Assembly: GCA_963555985.3 (NCBI GenBank)
Contig: OY820591.1
Location: 1,280,001 to 1,344,000 of the forward strand
Source of the DNA: Dehalococcoidia bacterium
GTDB lineage: Bacteria; Chloroflexota; Dehalococcoidia; Bin125
DNA length: 64,000 nucleotides
Direction: 5' to 3'
This document shows, one piece after another, positions 1 through 8,297 of this stretch (position 1 is its first letter; each line of letters begins with the position of its first letter). A model generated the notes under the pieces. It was not told where the DNA came from and did no database searches. It saw only the letters and a list, made by a program, of their open reading frames with translations. A program made the position numbers and the translations under genes.

Positions 1-798
1 TTCGTCGGTACAGGTGACGACGATGCCGGTGGGGAGATGAGTGAGGCGCACGCCGGTCTGAACCTTGTTCACGTTTTGTCCACCGGCGCCGCCGGAGTGA
101 AATAGATCCAAGCGCACATCGGCATCGTCGATCTCGACATCCACAGCTTCCGCTTCGGGCATCACGGCGACGGTGGCGGTGGAGGTGTGGATCCGCCCTT
201 GGGCTTCGGTTTCGGGCACGCGCTGAACGCGGTGGACGCCCGATTCGTATTTCAGGCGCGAGAAGGCACCCTCGCCGGCGATCTGGCAGATCACTTCCTT
301 GAATCCGCCCATCGCGTTGGCGCTGGCGCTCATGATGTCGTGTTTCCAGCGCCGCGCTTCGGCGTAGCGGACATAGGCGCGCAGCAGATCGGCGGCCCAG
401 AGGCCAGCTTCATCACCGCCTGCTCCGGCGCGGATTTCCACGATCACGTTGCGCTCGTCGTTGGGGTCACGCGGCAGCAACGCGCGCTTGGCGTCTTCTT
501 CGAGTTGGGTCATGCGCTCGCGCAGTTCGGAGAGTTCCGACTGCGCCAGTTCCCGCAACTCCTCGTCGTCGGCTTCTTCGAGCAGTGCGCGGGTCTCGTC
601 GAGTTCGCCGTTCACGCGGCGGTACTCGTGGAGCAGATCGATCTTGTCCTGGAGCGAAGCGTGTTCACGCGCGAGCGCCTGGAGGCGCTGCGGGTTGACG
701 GCGATCTCGGGATCGGCCATCTCGCGCTCGAGCTCCGCGAAGCGCTCGGCTACATCGGCCAATCGAGACCACATTGCGGCGTGTTCGCTGTTCGCCAT
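1..798 (-). CDS. prfA: Peptide chain release factor 1 (3' end runs off the window)
   Basis: Manual minus-strand translation from ATG at 798 gives GVHRVQRVPETEAQGRIHT (PxT motif of RF1) and FHSGGAGGQNVNK (GGQ motif). It is absent from the ORF track because there is no stop inside the window. Confidence 0.95.
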   Translation of the reverse strand, partial: MANSEHAAMWSRLADVAERFAELEREMADPEIAVNPQRLQALAREHASLQDKIDLLHEYRRVNGELDETRALLEEADDEELRELAQSELSELRERMTQLEEDAKRALLPRDPNDERNVIVEIRAGAGGDEAGLWAADLLRAYVRYAEARRWKHDIMSASANAMGGFKEVICQIAGEGAFSRLKYESGVHRVQRVPETEAQGRIHTSTATVAVMPEAEAVDVEIDDADVRLDLFHSGGAGGQNVNKVQTGVRLTHLPTGIVVTCTDE

Positions 799-852
799 TG
801 TGAACTGTCGTTGTCTCCGCTGTTTCGGGGCTGTTCCAGTATATGAAGCGCC

Positions 853-2133
853 TTAGTCGGTCTCGGTGAGTTTTGCCGCGATCGCGGCGGCAACATTGGC
901 AACAGAGACTTCCTCTTGTTCACTGCTGCGCAGATCGCGCACGCTGACCATGCCCCGCTGCAACTCGCGCGCGCCGGCGATGACGGCGAAGCGCGCCCCG
1001 GATCGATTCGCGTGCCGGAGTTGGGCGCGCAGCGAACGTCCGCCGAATGCGAGCGTTGCCGCGATCCCTGCGCGGCGCAGCTCACCGGCGATCTTGGAAC
1101 CGGCAAGGTCGGCTCCTTCACCGAGCGGCGCGATCAGCACCTCCGGCGCGTTGCTCGAGTCGGGCGCGAGTCCCTGATCGCGGAGGTGGTGCGCCATCCG
1201 CTCGATACCCATGCCGAAGCCGATCCCCGGCGTAGGCGGTCCGCCGATCTGCTCGATCAGGCCGTCGTAGCGGCCTCCGGCGAGGACGGTCACTTGCGAA
1301 CCTTCGAGGTTGGTGGGGACGATCTCGAAGACGGTGTGGGTGTAGTAGTCCAGGCCGCGCACGAGAGTTGGGCGTTCCTCGAAGGGGATGCCGAGCGCGG
1401 TCAGATGCGCCTTGACCGACTCGTAGAAGGCCGCCGATTCCGGTCGCAAATGCTCGGTGATTACGGGCGCGCCCTCTTGATAGGGGCGCGTGCGATCGTC
1501 CTTGCTGTCCAGCAGGCGCATTGGGGCGCGATCAAAGCGTGCCTGGTCGTCCGGCGCAATTTGGTCGAGGTGCGGCTCGAAATGGGCCTTGAGGCGGGGG
1601 AGATAAGCGCGGCGATCTTCGAGGTCGCCGATGCTGTTGAGCAGGATCATCAGATCGCCCAGACCGAGCGACTGCGCGACTCTCCAACCGAGATCGATCA
1701 CTTCAGCGTCAAGAGCGGGATCACGAACGCCGATTGCCTCCACGCCGAACTGCGTGTGCTGGCGGAAGCGTCCGGCCTGGGGCCGCTCGTAGCGAAAGAT
1801 CGGCAGGTGGTAGGCGAGCTTGACCGGCTGGGGGAGGTTGCTCATGCCGTGCTGGAGGTAGGCGCGGCAGACAGAAGCAGTCCCTTCGGGTCGGAGCGCG
1901 AGTCGGTCGCCGCCGCGATCCTCGAAGAGGTACATCTCCTTCTCAACGATGTCCGTGCCCTCGCCGACCCCTCGCGCGAAGAGTTCGGCGTGTTCGAAAG
2001 TCGGCGGCTCGATGAACCCGAACCCAGCCAGGCGCGCCTGCTCACGGGCGGCGGCGAGGACGTGCATATGCAGGGCGTAGTCGTCCGGCAGCAGATCTCG
2101 CGTGCCCCTGGGCGCCTGAAACGGCTGGCTCAT
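853..2133 (-). CDS. hisS: Histidine--tRNA ligase
   Basis: PRGTRD, LRPEGTA, FRYERPQAGRFRQH, LVRGLDYY, GGRYDGL and GFGMGIER motifs; start trimmed to MSQPFQAP at 2133. Confidence 0.97.
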   Translation of the reverse strand: MSQPFQAPRGTRDLLPDDYALHMHVLAAAREQARLAGFGFIEPPTFEHAELFARGVGEGTDIVEKEMYLFEDRGGDRLALRPEGTASVCRAYLQHGMSNLPQPVKLAYHLPIFRYERPQAGRFRQHTQFGVEAIGVRDPALDAEVIDLGWRVAQSLGLGDLMILLNSIGDLEDRRAYLPRLKAHFEPHLDQIAPDDQARFDRAPMRLLDSKDDRTRPYQEGAPVITEHLRPESAAFYESVKAHLTALGIPFEERPTLVRGLDYYTHTVFEIVPTNLEGSQVTVLAGGRYDGLIEQIGGPPTPGIGFGMGIERMAHHLRDQGLAPDSSNAPEVLIAPLGEGADLAGSKIAGELRRAGIAATLAFGGRSLRAQLRHANRSGARFAVIAGARELQRGMVSVRDLRSSEQEEVSVANVAAAIAAKLTETD

Positions 2134-2290
2134 CGTCGCTTCCTCACTTTTCGGATTTGGCGTCTCCGCCTGACTGCGGATCATCGTACAGACGCTTCCG
2201 CCCCGCGCTGTCTTCAGGCCGGCATTGCCGTCTGCGCAAAGCGGTACGATCATTACAGTGCTCACAGAGACCGCGATGTGATGGTGCGCC

Positions 2291-4489
2291 ATGGTCACGA
2301 CGAGGGCGGAGGAGACGCAGGATCGGACCCTGCATCCCACGATTGAGGACCTGGATGATGTGCTTGAGCGTTATCTGACGCCGCCCGATCGCGAGCGTGT
2401 GCATCAGGCGTATCAGTTCGCGCGGGACGCGCACGAGGGGCACACCCGGCGCTCGGGCCACCCCTACATCGAGCACCCGATCGCCGCCGCCGTCACCTGC
2501 GCGGAGCTTCAGCTCGATGTGCCTGCGGTACAGGCGGCGTTGCTCCATGATGTGATGGAGGACTGCGGCATCACGCGCAACGAGCTCGTGGACGAGTTCG
2601 GGGTCGATGTGGCGAAACTCGTGGACGGCGCGACCAAGCTCGAAGCATTGCAATTGCCGAGTGTCGAGGGCACGGTCGACCGCGCGGTGCAGGCGGAAAA
2701 CCTGCGCAAGATGTTCATTGCGATGGCGGACGACGTGCGCGTAGTGATCGTGAAGCTCGCCGACCGCTTACATAACATGCGCACGCTCGACGCCTTGCCG
2801 ACCGAGAAGCGGTTGCGGATCTCGCGCGAGACGATGGAGATCTACGCGCCGCTGGCGGCGCGGCTGGGTATCTGGCAGATTCGCGCGCAGCTCGAGGACC
2901 TCTCGTTCAAGTATCTCGAACCGGAGGCGTATCGGCGGGTTTCGGAGCTCGTCGCATCGAGGCGCGCGACGCGCGAACACTACCTCGGTCAGTTGCGTTC
3001 GCAACTAGAGAACGCGCTTGAGGCCGCCGGTCTCAATGCCCAGGTCAACGGGCGAGTCAAGCATCTCTATTCGATCCACGAAAAGGTGCGCAAGTACGCC
3101 TCGCAGGGCAAGTCGTTCGACGACATCTACGACCTGCTGGCGTTGCGCGTACTGACCGAATCGACAGCCGACTGCTACCACGTGCTCGGCGTCGTGCATG
3201 GTCTCTGGCGCCCGATCTCGGGAGAGTTCGACGACTACATCGCTGCCCCGAGACCGAGCGGGTACCGCTCCTTGCATACGACCGCCTTCTGGTCGCCGAC
3301 GCACGCTGTTGAGGTGCAGATTCGCACCCACGAGATGGATCGCGAAGCCGAATATGGAGTCGCGGTGCATTGGATCTACAAAGAGGGCCGGCACAACGTG
3401 CTCAACGATCGCGACCGCCTCTCTTGGCTGCGGCAGCTGGTCGAGTGGCAGGGTGAGTTGCCGGGCGCGGAGGACTTTCTCGAAACGCTGCGCACAGACG
3501 TGTTCAAGGAACAGGTCTTCGTGCATACGCCCAAGGGCGAGATCATGGCCTTGCGCTCCGGCGCGACGCCACTTGACTTCGCTTTCCGGATTCATACCGA
3601 TGTGGGCTGCGCCTGCGTGGGAGCCAAAGTCAACGGGCGCTTGGTGGCGCTTTCTACGCCGCTCCAGAACGGGGATGTGGTGGAGATCGTCACCAGCCGG
3701 AATGCGCGCGGGCCCAGCCGCGATTGGCTCAATCCCGCGCTCGGCTATGTGACCACGCAACACGCCCGCACCAAGATTCGGCAGTGGTTCCGGCGCCAGG
3801 AGCGCACCGAGAACATCACTCGCGGGAGAGATGAGCTCGAGCGTGAACTGAAGCGGCTCGGTCTGCGTTTGGCAAGGGTGGAGCCGGACGTGATCGACGT
3901 CACCCGCGCCAAGTCGCTTGACGACGCGCTGGCGCTGATCGGCGCGGGCGAACCTACGGCGCACGCGGTTGCGCTGCGCGTCGCCACCGGTCCGGTGGCG
4001 ACGCCTGAGCCCGTTGCAGAGCCGTCTGCGCCCGCTCAGCCCGGCAAAGAACCCGGCAGTGTCAGGATGCGCGGGGGCGCGAATGTCCTCACTCGGTTTG
4101 CGACCTGCTGCAAACCGCAGACCGGCGAAGCGATCGCCGGCTACGTGACTCGCAGCCGCGGGGTCACGGTCCATCGCAGCGATTGCTCCAACATCGTGTT
4201 CGCCGCCGAGCGCGACCGAGTGGTCGAAGTCTTCTGGGGTCCGGATATCGATCAACTCAGCGCGGCGCTGCGGGTCAGCGGATGGGATCGGGTTGGCTTG
4301 GCGCGCGATGTGGCGGCTGTGTGCGCGGACGAGGGCGTGAACATGGTCGCGTTCGTGACCGGTCAGCCGCAGGACGGCTCCGTCACGCTGACGTTCACGA
4401 TCGAGCCGCGAGATCTGCCGCAGCTCCAGCGTGTGATCCACAAGATCGACGACGTTCCCGGCGTGACCAGCGTCGAGCGCGAGTTTTAG
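2291..4489 (+). CDS. rel: Long RelA/SpoT homolog, (p)ppGpp synthetase/hydrolase
   Basis: RRSGHPYIEHP, LLHDVMED (HD domain), KLADRLHNMRT, GYRSLHT, EVQIRT, TGS domain (TPLDFAFRIHT), CC motif and C-terminal ACT domain. Confidence 0.96.
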   Translation: MVTTRAEETQDRTLHPTIEDLDDVLERYLTPPDRERVHQAYQFARDAHEGHTRRSGHPYIEHPIAAAVTCAELQLDVPAVQAALLHDVMEDCGITRNELVDEFGVDVAKLVDGATKLEALQLPSVEGTVDRAVQAENLRKMFIAMADDVRVVIVKLADRLHNMRTLDALPTEKRLRISRETMEIYAPLAARLGIWQIRAQLEDLSFKYLEPEAYRRVSELVASRRATREHYLGQLRSQLENALEAAGLNAQVNGRVKHLYSIHEKVRKYASQGKSFDDIYDLLALRVLTESTADCYHVLGVVHGLWRPISGEFDDYIAAPRPSGYRSLHTTAFWSPTHAVEVQIRTHEMDREAEYGVAVHWIYKEGRHNVLNDRDRLSWLRQLVEWQGELPGAEDFLETLRTDVFKEQVFVHTPKGEIMALRSGATPLDFAFRIHTDVGCACVGAKVNGRLVALSTPLQNGDVVEIVTSRNARGPSRDWLNPALGYVTTQHARTKIRQWFRRQERTENITRGRDELERELKRLGLRLARVEPDVIDVTRAKSLDDALALIGAGEPTAHAVALRVATGPVATPEPVAEPSAPAQPGKEPGSVRMRGGANVLTRFATCCKPQTGEAIAGYVTRSRGVTVHRSDCSNIVFAAERDRVVEVFWGPDIDQLSAALRVSGWDRVGLARDVAAVCADEGVNMVAFVTGQPQDGSVTLTFTIEPRDLPQLQRVIHKIDDVPGVTSVEREF

Positions 4490-4507
4490 CTCGTATCTCC
4501 AGTCGAA

Positions 4508-5665
4508 TCAGCCATCAACAGCTTCTGGCCGCAGCGCCGCGACCAGCCGCTCGATGTCGCGTTCCGGCGTGTAGAAGTGCGGAGAAGCGCGCAGGCGCTC
4601 GAAGCGAACAGCCGTGATGATGCCGGATTCCTGCAACCGTTCCCAAGTCTCTTCAAGCGTTTCTCGTTCGGCGAGTTCGGGCGGCGGATCGAAGATCACG
4701 ATCCCGCTCCGCTCACTGGTCCCGCGCGGAGAGAACACGTTGCAGCCGATGTCCTCCAGTTGTGCGCAGAGGCTGGCGGTGACTCCCTCGAGCCGCTCCC
4801 AGACCTGATCGATGCCAACCTCGAGCAGGTGCCGGATTGATGCGTGGAGACCAAGCAGGGTCGCGGTCGGCGTCGCGCCCGGCTCGAAACGGCTCGCGTC
4901 GGGGCTGAGGTTGAGCACCTCGTTGCCGTCGGCAAGACCGTCCGCCATGCTGTTCGCGCCGAGCAGCGGCGGCACCAGTTCGCCGATCAGCTCCTCGCGG
5001 ATGTAGAGCAGTCCCGACCCGGTCGGCCCAAGCAGCCACTTGTGTCCGCCCGCAGCGACGAAGTCAATGTCGTCCGCCTGCACGTCCACAGGCAGCGCGC
5101 CCAACGACTGGATCGCGTCCACCGAGATCAGTCCCCCAACCGCATGTACCGCATCGGCGAGGGGGCGCAGGGAACTGCGGAACCCCGATCCCCACTGCAC
5201 GTGAGAGATGCCGATCAGCTGGGTTCGCTCGGTCACGGCGGCGAGGATGTCCTCAGTCGGAATGCGTCCGTCCGGGTGTTGCACGACGACATCGAGTTCG
5301 ACGCCGCGCTGTTGGAGTGCGTTGTAGAAGTGCCGGTTCGAGGGGTATTCCGCGTCCGTCACGAGGATGCGGTCGCCCGGAGCCCAGTCAAGCGCCCCGG
5401 CCGCCATCGATACGCCCGTGGCCGTATTGGGGACGAAGGCGATCTCGTGCGGCCCGCGCGCGTTGAGAATTTCGGCGGCGGCGGCGCGGAAATCGGCCGT
5501 GTCGTCCTGCCAGGTTGATCCGAAATAGCCGCTGCGCTCGGCTTGCGCCGCATACCCGCGCACGGCGTCGGCAACCGGCGTCGGCAGCGGCGAAACTCCC
5601 GCGTGGTTGAAAAATGCCAACTCGCTACCCAACACCGGATACAGTTCGCGTTCGTCCATGTTCAT
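4508..5665 (-). CDS. Class V PLP-dependent aminotransferase / C-S lyase-like protein
   Basis: FNHAGVSP, VDAIQSLG, GGHKWLLGP (PLP lysine) and RASPHFY. No desulfurase catalytic Cys motif is visible. Confidence 0.85.
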   Translation of the reverse strand: MNMDERELYPVLGSELAFFNHAGVSPLPTPVADAVRGYAAQAERSGYFGSTWQDDTADFRAAAAEILNARGPHEIAFVPNTATGVSMAAGALDWAPGDRILVTDAEYPSNRHFYNALQQRGVELDVVVQHPDGRIPTEDILAAVTERTQLIGISHVQWGSGFRSSLRPLADAVHAVGGLISVDAIQSLGALPVDVQADDIDFVAAGGHKWLLGPTGSGLLYIREELIGELVPPLLGANSMADGLADGNEVLNLSPDASRFEPGATPTATLLGLHASIRHLLEVGIDQVWERLEGVTASLCAQLEDIGCNVFSPRGTSERSGIVIFDPPPELAERETLEETWERLQESGIITAVRFERLRASPHFYTPERDIERLVAALRPEAVDG

Positions 5666-5774
5666 CCTCCTGACGAGCTCGAGTAGATGGTACGCGGGGT
5701 AAGGACCAGTGTTGCAGCGCGCCGCACTTGCGTTCAGGTGAAGATGTGTTCTAGCATCTGTTTGACGGGCTTAC

Positions 5775-5788
5775 AGAACCCACGTTCC
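5775..5788. promoter_or_regulatory. Putative LexA (SOS) box AGAAC-CCAC-GTTCC upstream of comM
   Basis: Exact GAAC-N4-GTTC core at 5776-5787, 8 nt downstream of TTGACG (5762-5767). A second degenerate site GAAG-ATGT-GTTC lies at 5740-5751. Confidence 0.6.
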
Positions 5789-5841
5789 CTATGCAGTTCC
5801 CGTCAGTTCGCAAGAGAGCACACCCGCTGAGAGGAAGTCCG

Positions 5842-7398
5842 ATGCACACGAGAGTAAACGGCGGCACGGTGATTGGCCTGGACGGCGCCCCCATCTGCGT
5901 CGAAGTGGATATTTCTTCGGGGGTCCCGAGGACCACGATCGTGGGACTGCCGGATGCCGCAGTTGGCGAGGCGCGCGAACGAGTGCGTTCGGCCATTCGC
6001 AACGCCGGCGCCGGCTTTCCCACGCGGCGCGTCACGGTCAATCTGGCCCCCGCGCACATCCGCAAAGAAGGCGCTGGCTTCGATCTCCCGATCGCCGTCG
6101 GAATGCTTGTCGCCACCGGACAGATCTGCGAGAGCGCCGTTCGCGACACGCTGTTTTTGGGAGAGCTGGCGCTTGACGGGGAGTTGCGCCACGTGCGCGG
6201 CGTGCTTTCCGTCGCCGCCGCTGCGCGCGACGCTGATGTTCGCCGGATTGTCGTTCCCCGGGTGAATGCCGAGGAAGCGTCGCTGATCGATGGCCTGGAG
6301 GTCGTCGGGATCGATTCGCTGCGCGACTGGATCGAGTTTGCGACCGAAGAACGGCCGATTTCGGAAGCGATCTGGTCGGGAGGCCAGCCGGGAATCCAAG
6401 ACGAAGCAAAGGTATTCGACGGGCACGACTTCAGTGACGTGAGCGGTCAAGAGCACGTGAAGCGAGCGCTCGAAGTCGCGGCTGCGGGCGGACACAACGT
6501 GCTCATGTGCGGTCCTCCCGGAGCGGGCAAGACGCTGCTCGCATCCTGCCTGCCCGGCATTTTGCCGCCGTTGACCACGCAGGAGGCGCTTGAAGTGACC
6601 AAGATCGCGAGCGTAGCCGGGATGACGGGACCGGGAGGTTCGCTCATTCGTGAGCGACCATTCCGATCCCCACACCACACGATCTCCAACGCCGGACTGG
6701 TCGGCGGTGGGCAGCGACTGCGACCCGGGGAAGTGACGCTCGCCCATCGCGGCGTGTTGTTCCTCGACGAACTGCCCGAGTTCAGCGTCCGCGCGCTCGA
6801 AGCGATGCGGCAGCCGCTCGAAGATCGCTGCATCACGATCTCGCGCGCGCACGGCACGATCACCTATCCGGCCGACATCACTTTGATCGCCGCGATGAAC
6901 CCCTGTCCGTGTGGAAACTTCGGTTCGGACCAGTCCTGTACGTGCAGCGACGGCGCGGTCTACCGCTACCAGCGGCGCGTCTCGGGACCAGTCCTCGACC
7001 GGATCGACATGTTCATCGACGTGCCGCGCGTCGAGGTTCAGAAATTGATGCCGCGCGCGGGTGCAGACGAGCTGCCGCCCGGCGAAGCCTCTGCGGTCAT
7101 TCGCGATCGAGTCTCGGCGGCGCGAGCGTTGCAGCGCGCCCGTTTCGGCCCCGGCGGTCCCGGCTCCAATGCCGCGCTCTCAGCCCGCGAAGTGCACCGC
7201 CACTGCCTCTCGATGCTCGACGATCGCGGTCAGACGCTGGTGCGGGAGGCGGTCGATCGCCTCGGCCTGTCGGCGCGCGGTTTCCATCGGGTGCTGAAAG
7301 TCGCCCGGACCATCGCCGACCTCTCCGAGTCGGAAGTGATCACGGCCCGGCACGTCGCCGAAGCGATCCAATATCGGCGGCGCTCCAAGCTCGCCTAG
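5842..7398 (+). CDS. comM: ComM/YifB family Mg-chelatase-like AAA+ ATPase
   Basis: VGLPDAAVGEARERVR, KEGAGFDLPIA, GPPGAGKT (Walker A), LFLDELPEF, AAMNPCPCG, SGPVLDRID, ARTIADL; RBS GAGGAAG before ATG 5842. Confidence 0.93.
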   Translation: MHTRVNGGTVIGLDGAPICVEVDISSGVPRTTIVGLPDAAVGEARERVRSAIRNAGAGFPTRRVTVNLAPAHIRKEGAGFDLPIAVGMLVATGQICESAVRDTLFLGELALDGELRHVRGVLSVAAAARDADVRRIVVPRVNAEEASLIDGLEVVGIDSLRDWIEFATEERPISEAIWSGGQPGIQDEAKVFDGHDFSDVSGQEHVKRALEVAAAGGHNVLMCGPPGAGKTLLASCLPGILPPLTTQEALEVTKIASVAGMTGPGGSLIRERPFRSPHHTISNAGLVGGGQRLRPGEVTLAHRGVLFLDELPEFSVRALEAMRQPLEDRCITISRAHGTITYPADITLIAAMNPCPCGNFGSDQSCTCSDGAVYRYQRRVSGPVLDRIDMFIDVPRVEVQKLMPRAGADELPPGEASAVIRDRVSAARALQRARFGPGGPGSNAALSAREVHRHCLSMLDDRGQTLVREAVDRLGLSARGFHRVLKVARTIADLSESEVITARHVAEAIQYRRRSKLA

Positions 7399-7457
7399 GC
7401 AAGCTGCCACTCAGGTAGCTGCTACTTGCGACTCCGGTTGCCGCAGACAACCCTTGT

Positions 7458-7467
7458 GGGGGGGGGG
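7458..7467. repeat. G10 homopolymer in the putative promoter of the acidic repeat-protein gene
   Basis: Ten consecutive G between TTGT (7454-7457) and CAGATATGTATCCT, about 50 nt upstream of ATG 7518. Confidence 0.8.
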
Positions 7468-7517
7468 CAGATATGTATCCTGCCCCTGAGATGGCACTCG
7501 GCTGAGAGCGATCGGTC

Positions 7518-8297
7518 ATGACTGCACGGATACGTCGATTCCTGTTCATCGCTCTGGGAGTAGGCATCTCCCTGATTCTTCTCAGTTGGGGGTTCGTGTC
7601 AGCCATCGAAATCGACCCAGAAGACCTCCCGGTCGCAATACCAAGCCGCAACCCGCCAGGTTCAGTCGAGAATGACAACGACGATGACGATGCCGGTGGC
7701 GATGATGATGGCGGCGACGGGGATGACGAAAGAGAGTTGGATCGCAGTCCGTACACCGACTACGACGGGTTTAGCACCCCCGTCACCGATGACGATGGGA
7801 TCGACACCCCGACCCCCACCGACGGCGATGGTATCGACACGCCCGATACGGACGGCGACGGCATCGACACGCCGTACACGGATCACGACGGCGTGGATAC
7901 CCCGGGTACGGACAACGACGGCTTCAGCACGCCGTACACGGACTACGACGGAGTGGACACGCCCGCGACCGACAACGATGGCATCGACACCCCGTACACG
8001 GACTATGACGGCGTGGATACGCCGACGGCGACGGCGAGCGCTACGGACAATGACGGCACCGACTCCGACGGCTACGACACTCCCGATACCGACTACGACG
8101 GCGTCGATACCCCAACACCGACCGACTCGGACACTGGCGGTGCCAGCGGCTCAGGTAACGCTACTGGCGCTGCGGCAGGTAGCGACGCTCCCCCTCCGGC
8201 AACGGACAATGACGGCACCGACTCGGACGGGGTGGACACGCCCACGCCGACTCAATCCGTGAGCGACAACAGTGACGACAGCGACGACAGCGACTAG
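7518..8297 (+). CDS. Exported or membrane-anchored Asp/Thr-rich tandem-repeat protein
   Basis: Basic N-terminus plus hydrophobic stretch ending VSA (signal peptide-like), an acidic linker, about 12 decapeptide repeats and a SDDSDDSD tail. Repeat variation is largely synonymous in this frame. Confidence 0.85.
   Translation: MTARIRRFLFIALGVGISLILLSWGFVSAIEIDPEDLPVAIPSRNPPGSVENDNDDDDAGGDDDGGDGDDERELDRSPYTDYDGFSTPVTDDDGIDTPTPTDGDGIDTPDTDGDGIDTPYTDHDGVDTPGTDNDGFSTPYTDYDGVDTPATDNDGIDTPYTDYDGVDTPTATASATDNDGTDSDGYDTPDTDYDGVDTPTPTDSDTGGASGSGNATGAAAGSDAPPPATDNDGTDSDGVDTPTPTQSVSDNSDDSDDSD
7752..8243 (+). repeat. Coding tandem repeat, ~30-bp unit encoding xTDxDG[IVFY][DS]TP (about 12 copies)
   Basis: YTDYDGFSTP, VTDDDGIDTP, TDGDGIDTP, DTDGDGIDTP, YTDHDGVDTP, GTDNDGFSTP, YTDYDGVDTP, ATDNDGIDTP, YTDYDGVDTP, TDSDGYDTP, DTDYDGVDTP, TDSDGVDTP. 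Confidence 0.92.

Noticed and set aside
187-2346. Long plus-strand ORFs (187..846, 916..2346) and similar long antisense ORFs throughout the window
   Set aside because: They mirror well-supported genes on the opposite strand (prfA, hisS and others), which is expected with high GC3 codon bias, and they show no motifs.
4508-5665. Cysteine desulfurase (sufS/iscS)
   Set aside because: No catalytic Cys motif (RxGxHC or GSAC) near the C-terminus; kept as a generic class V enzyme.
7752-8243. Possible CRISPR array (30-bp periodicity)
   Set aside because: The units are contiguous, vary at synonymous positions, have no unique spacers and encode a peptide repeat; no cas genes are present.
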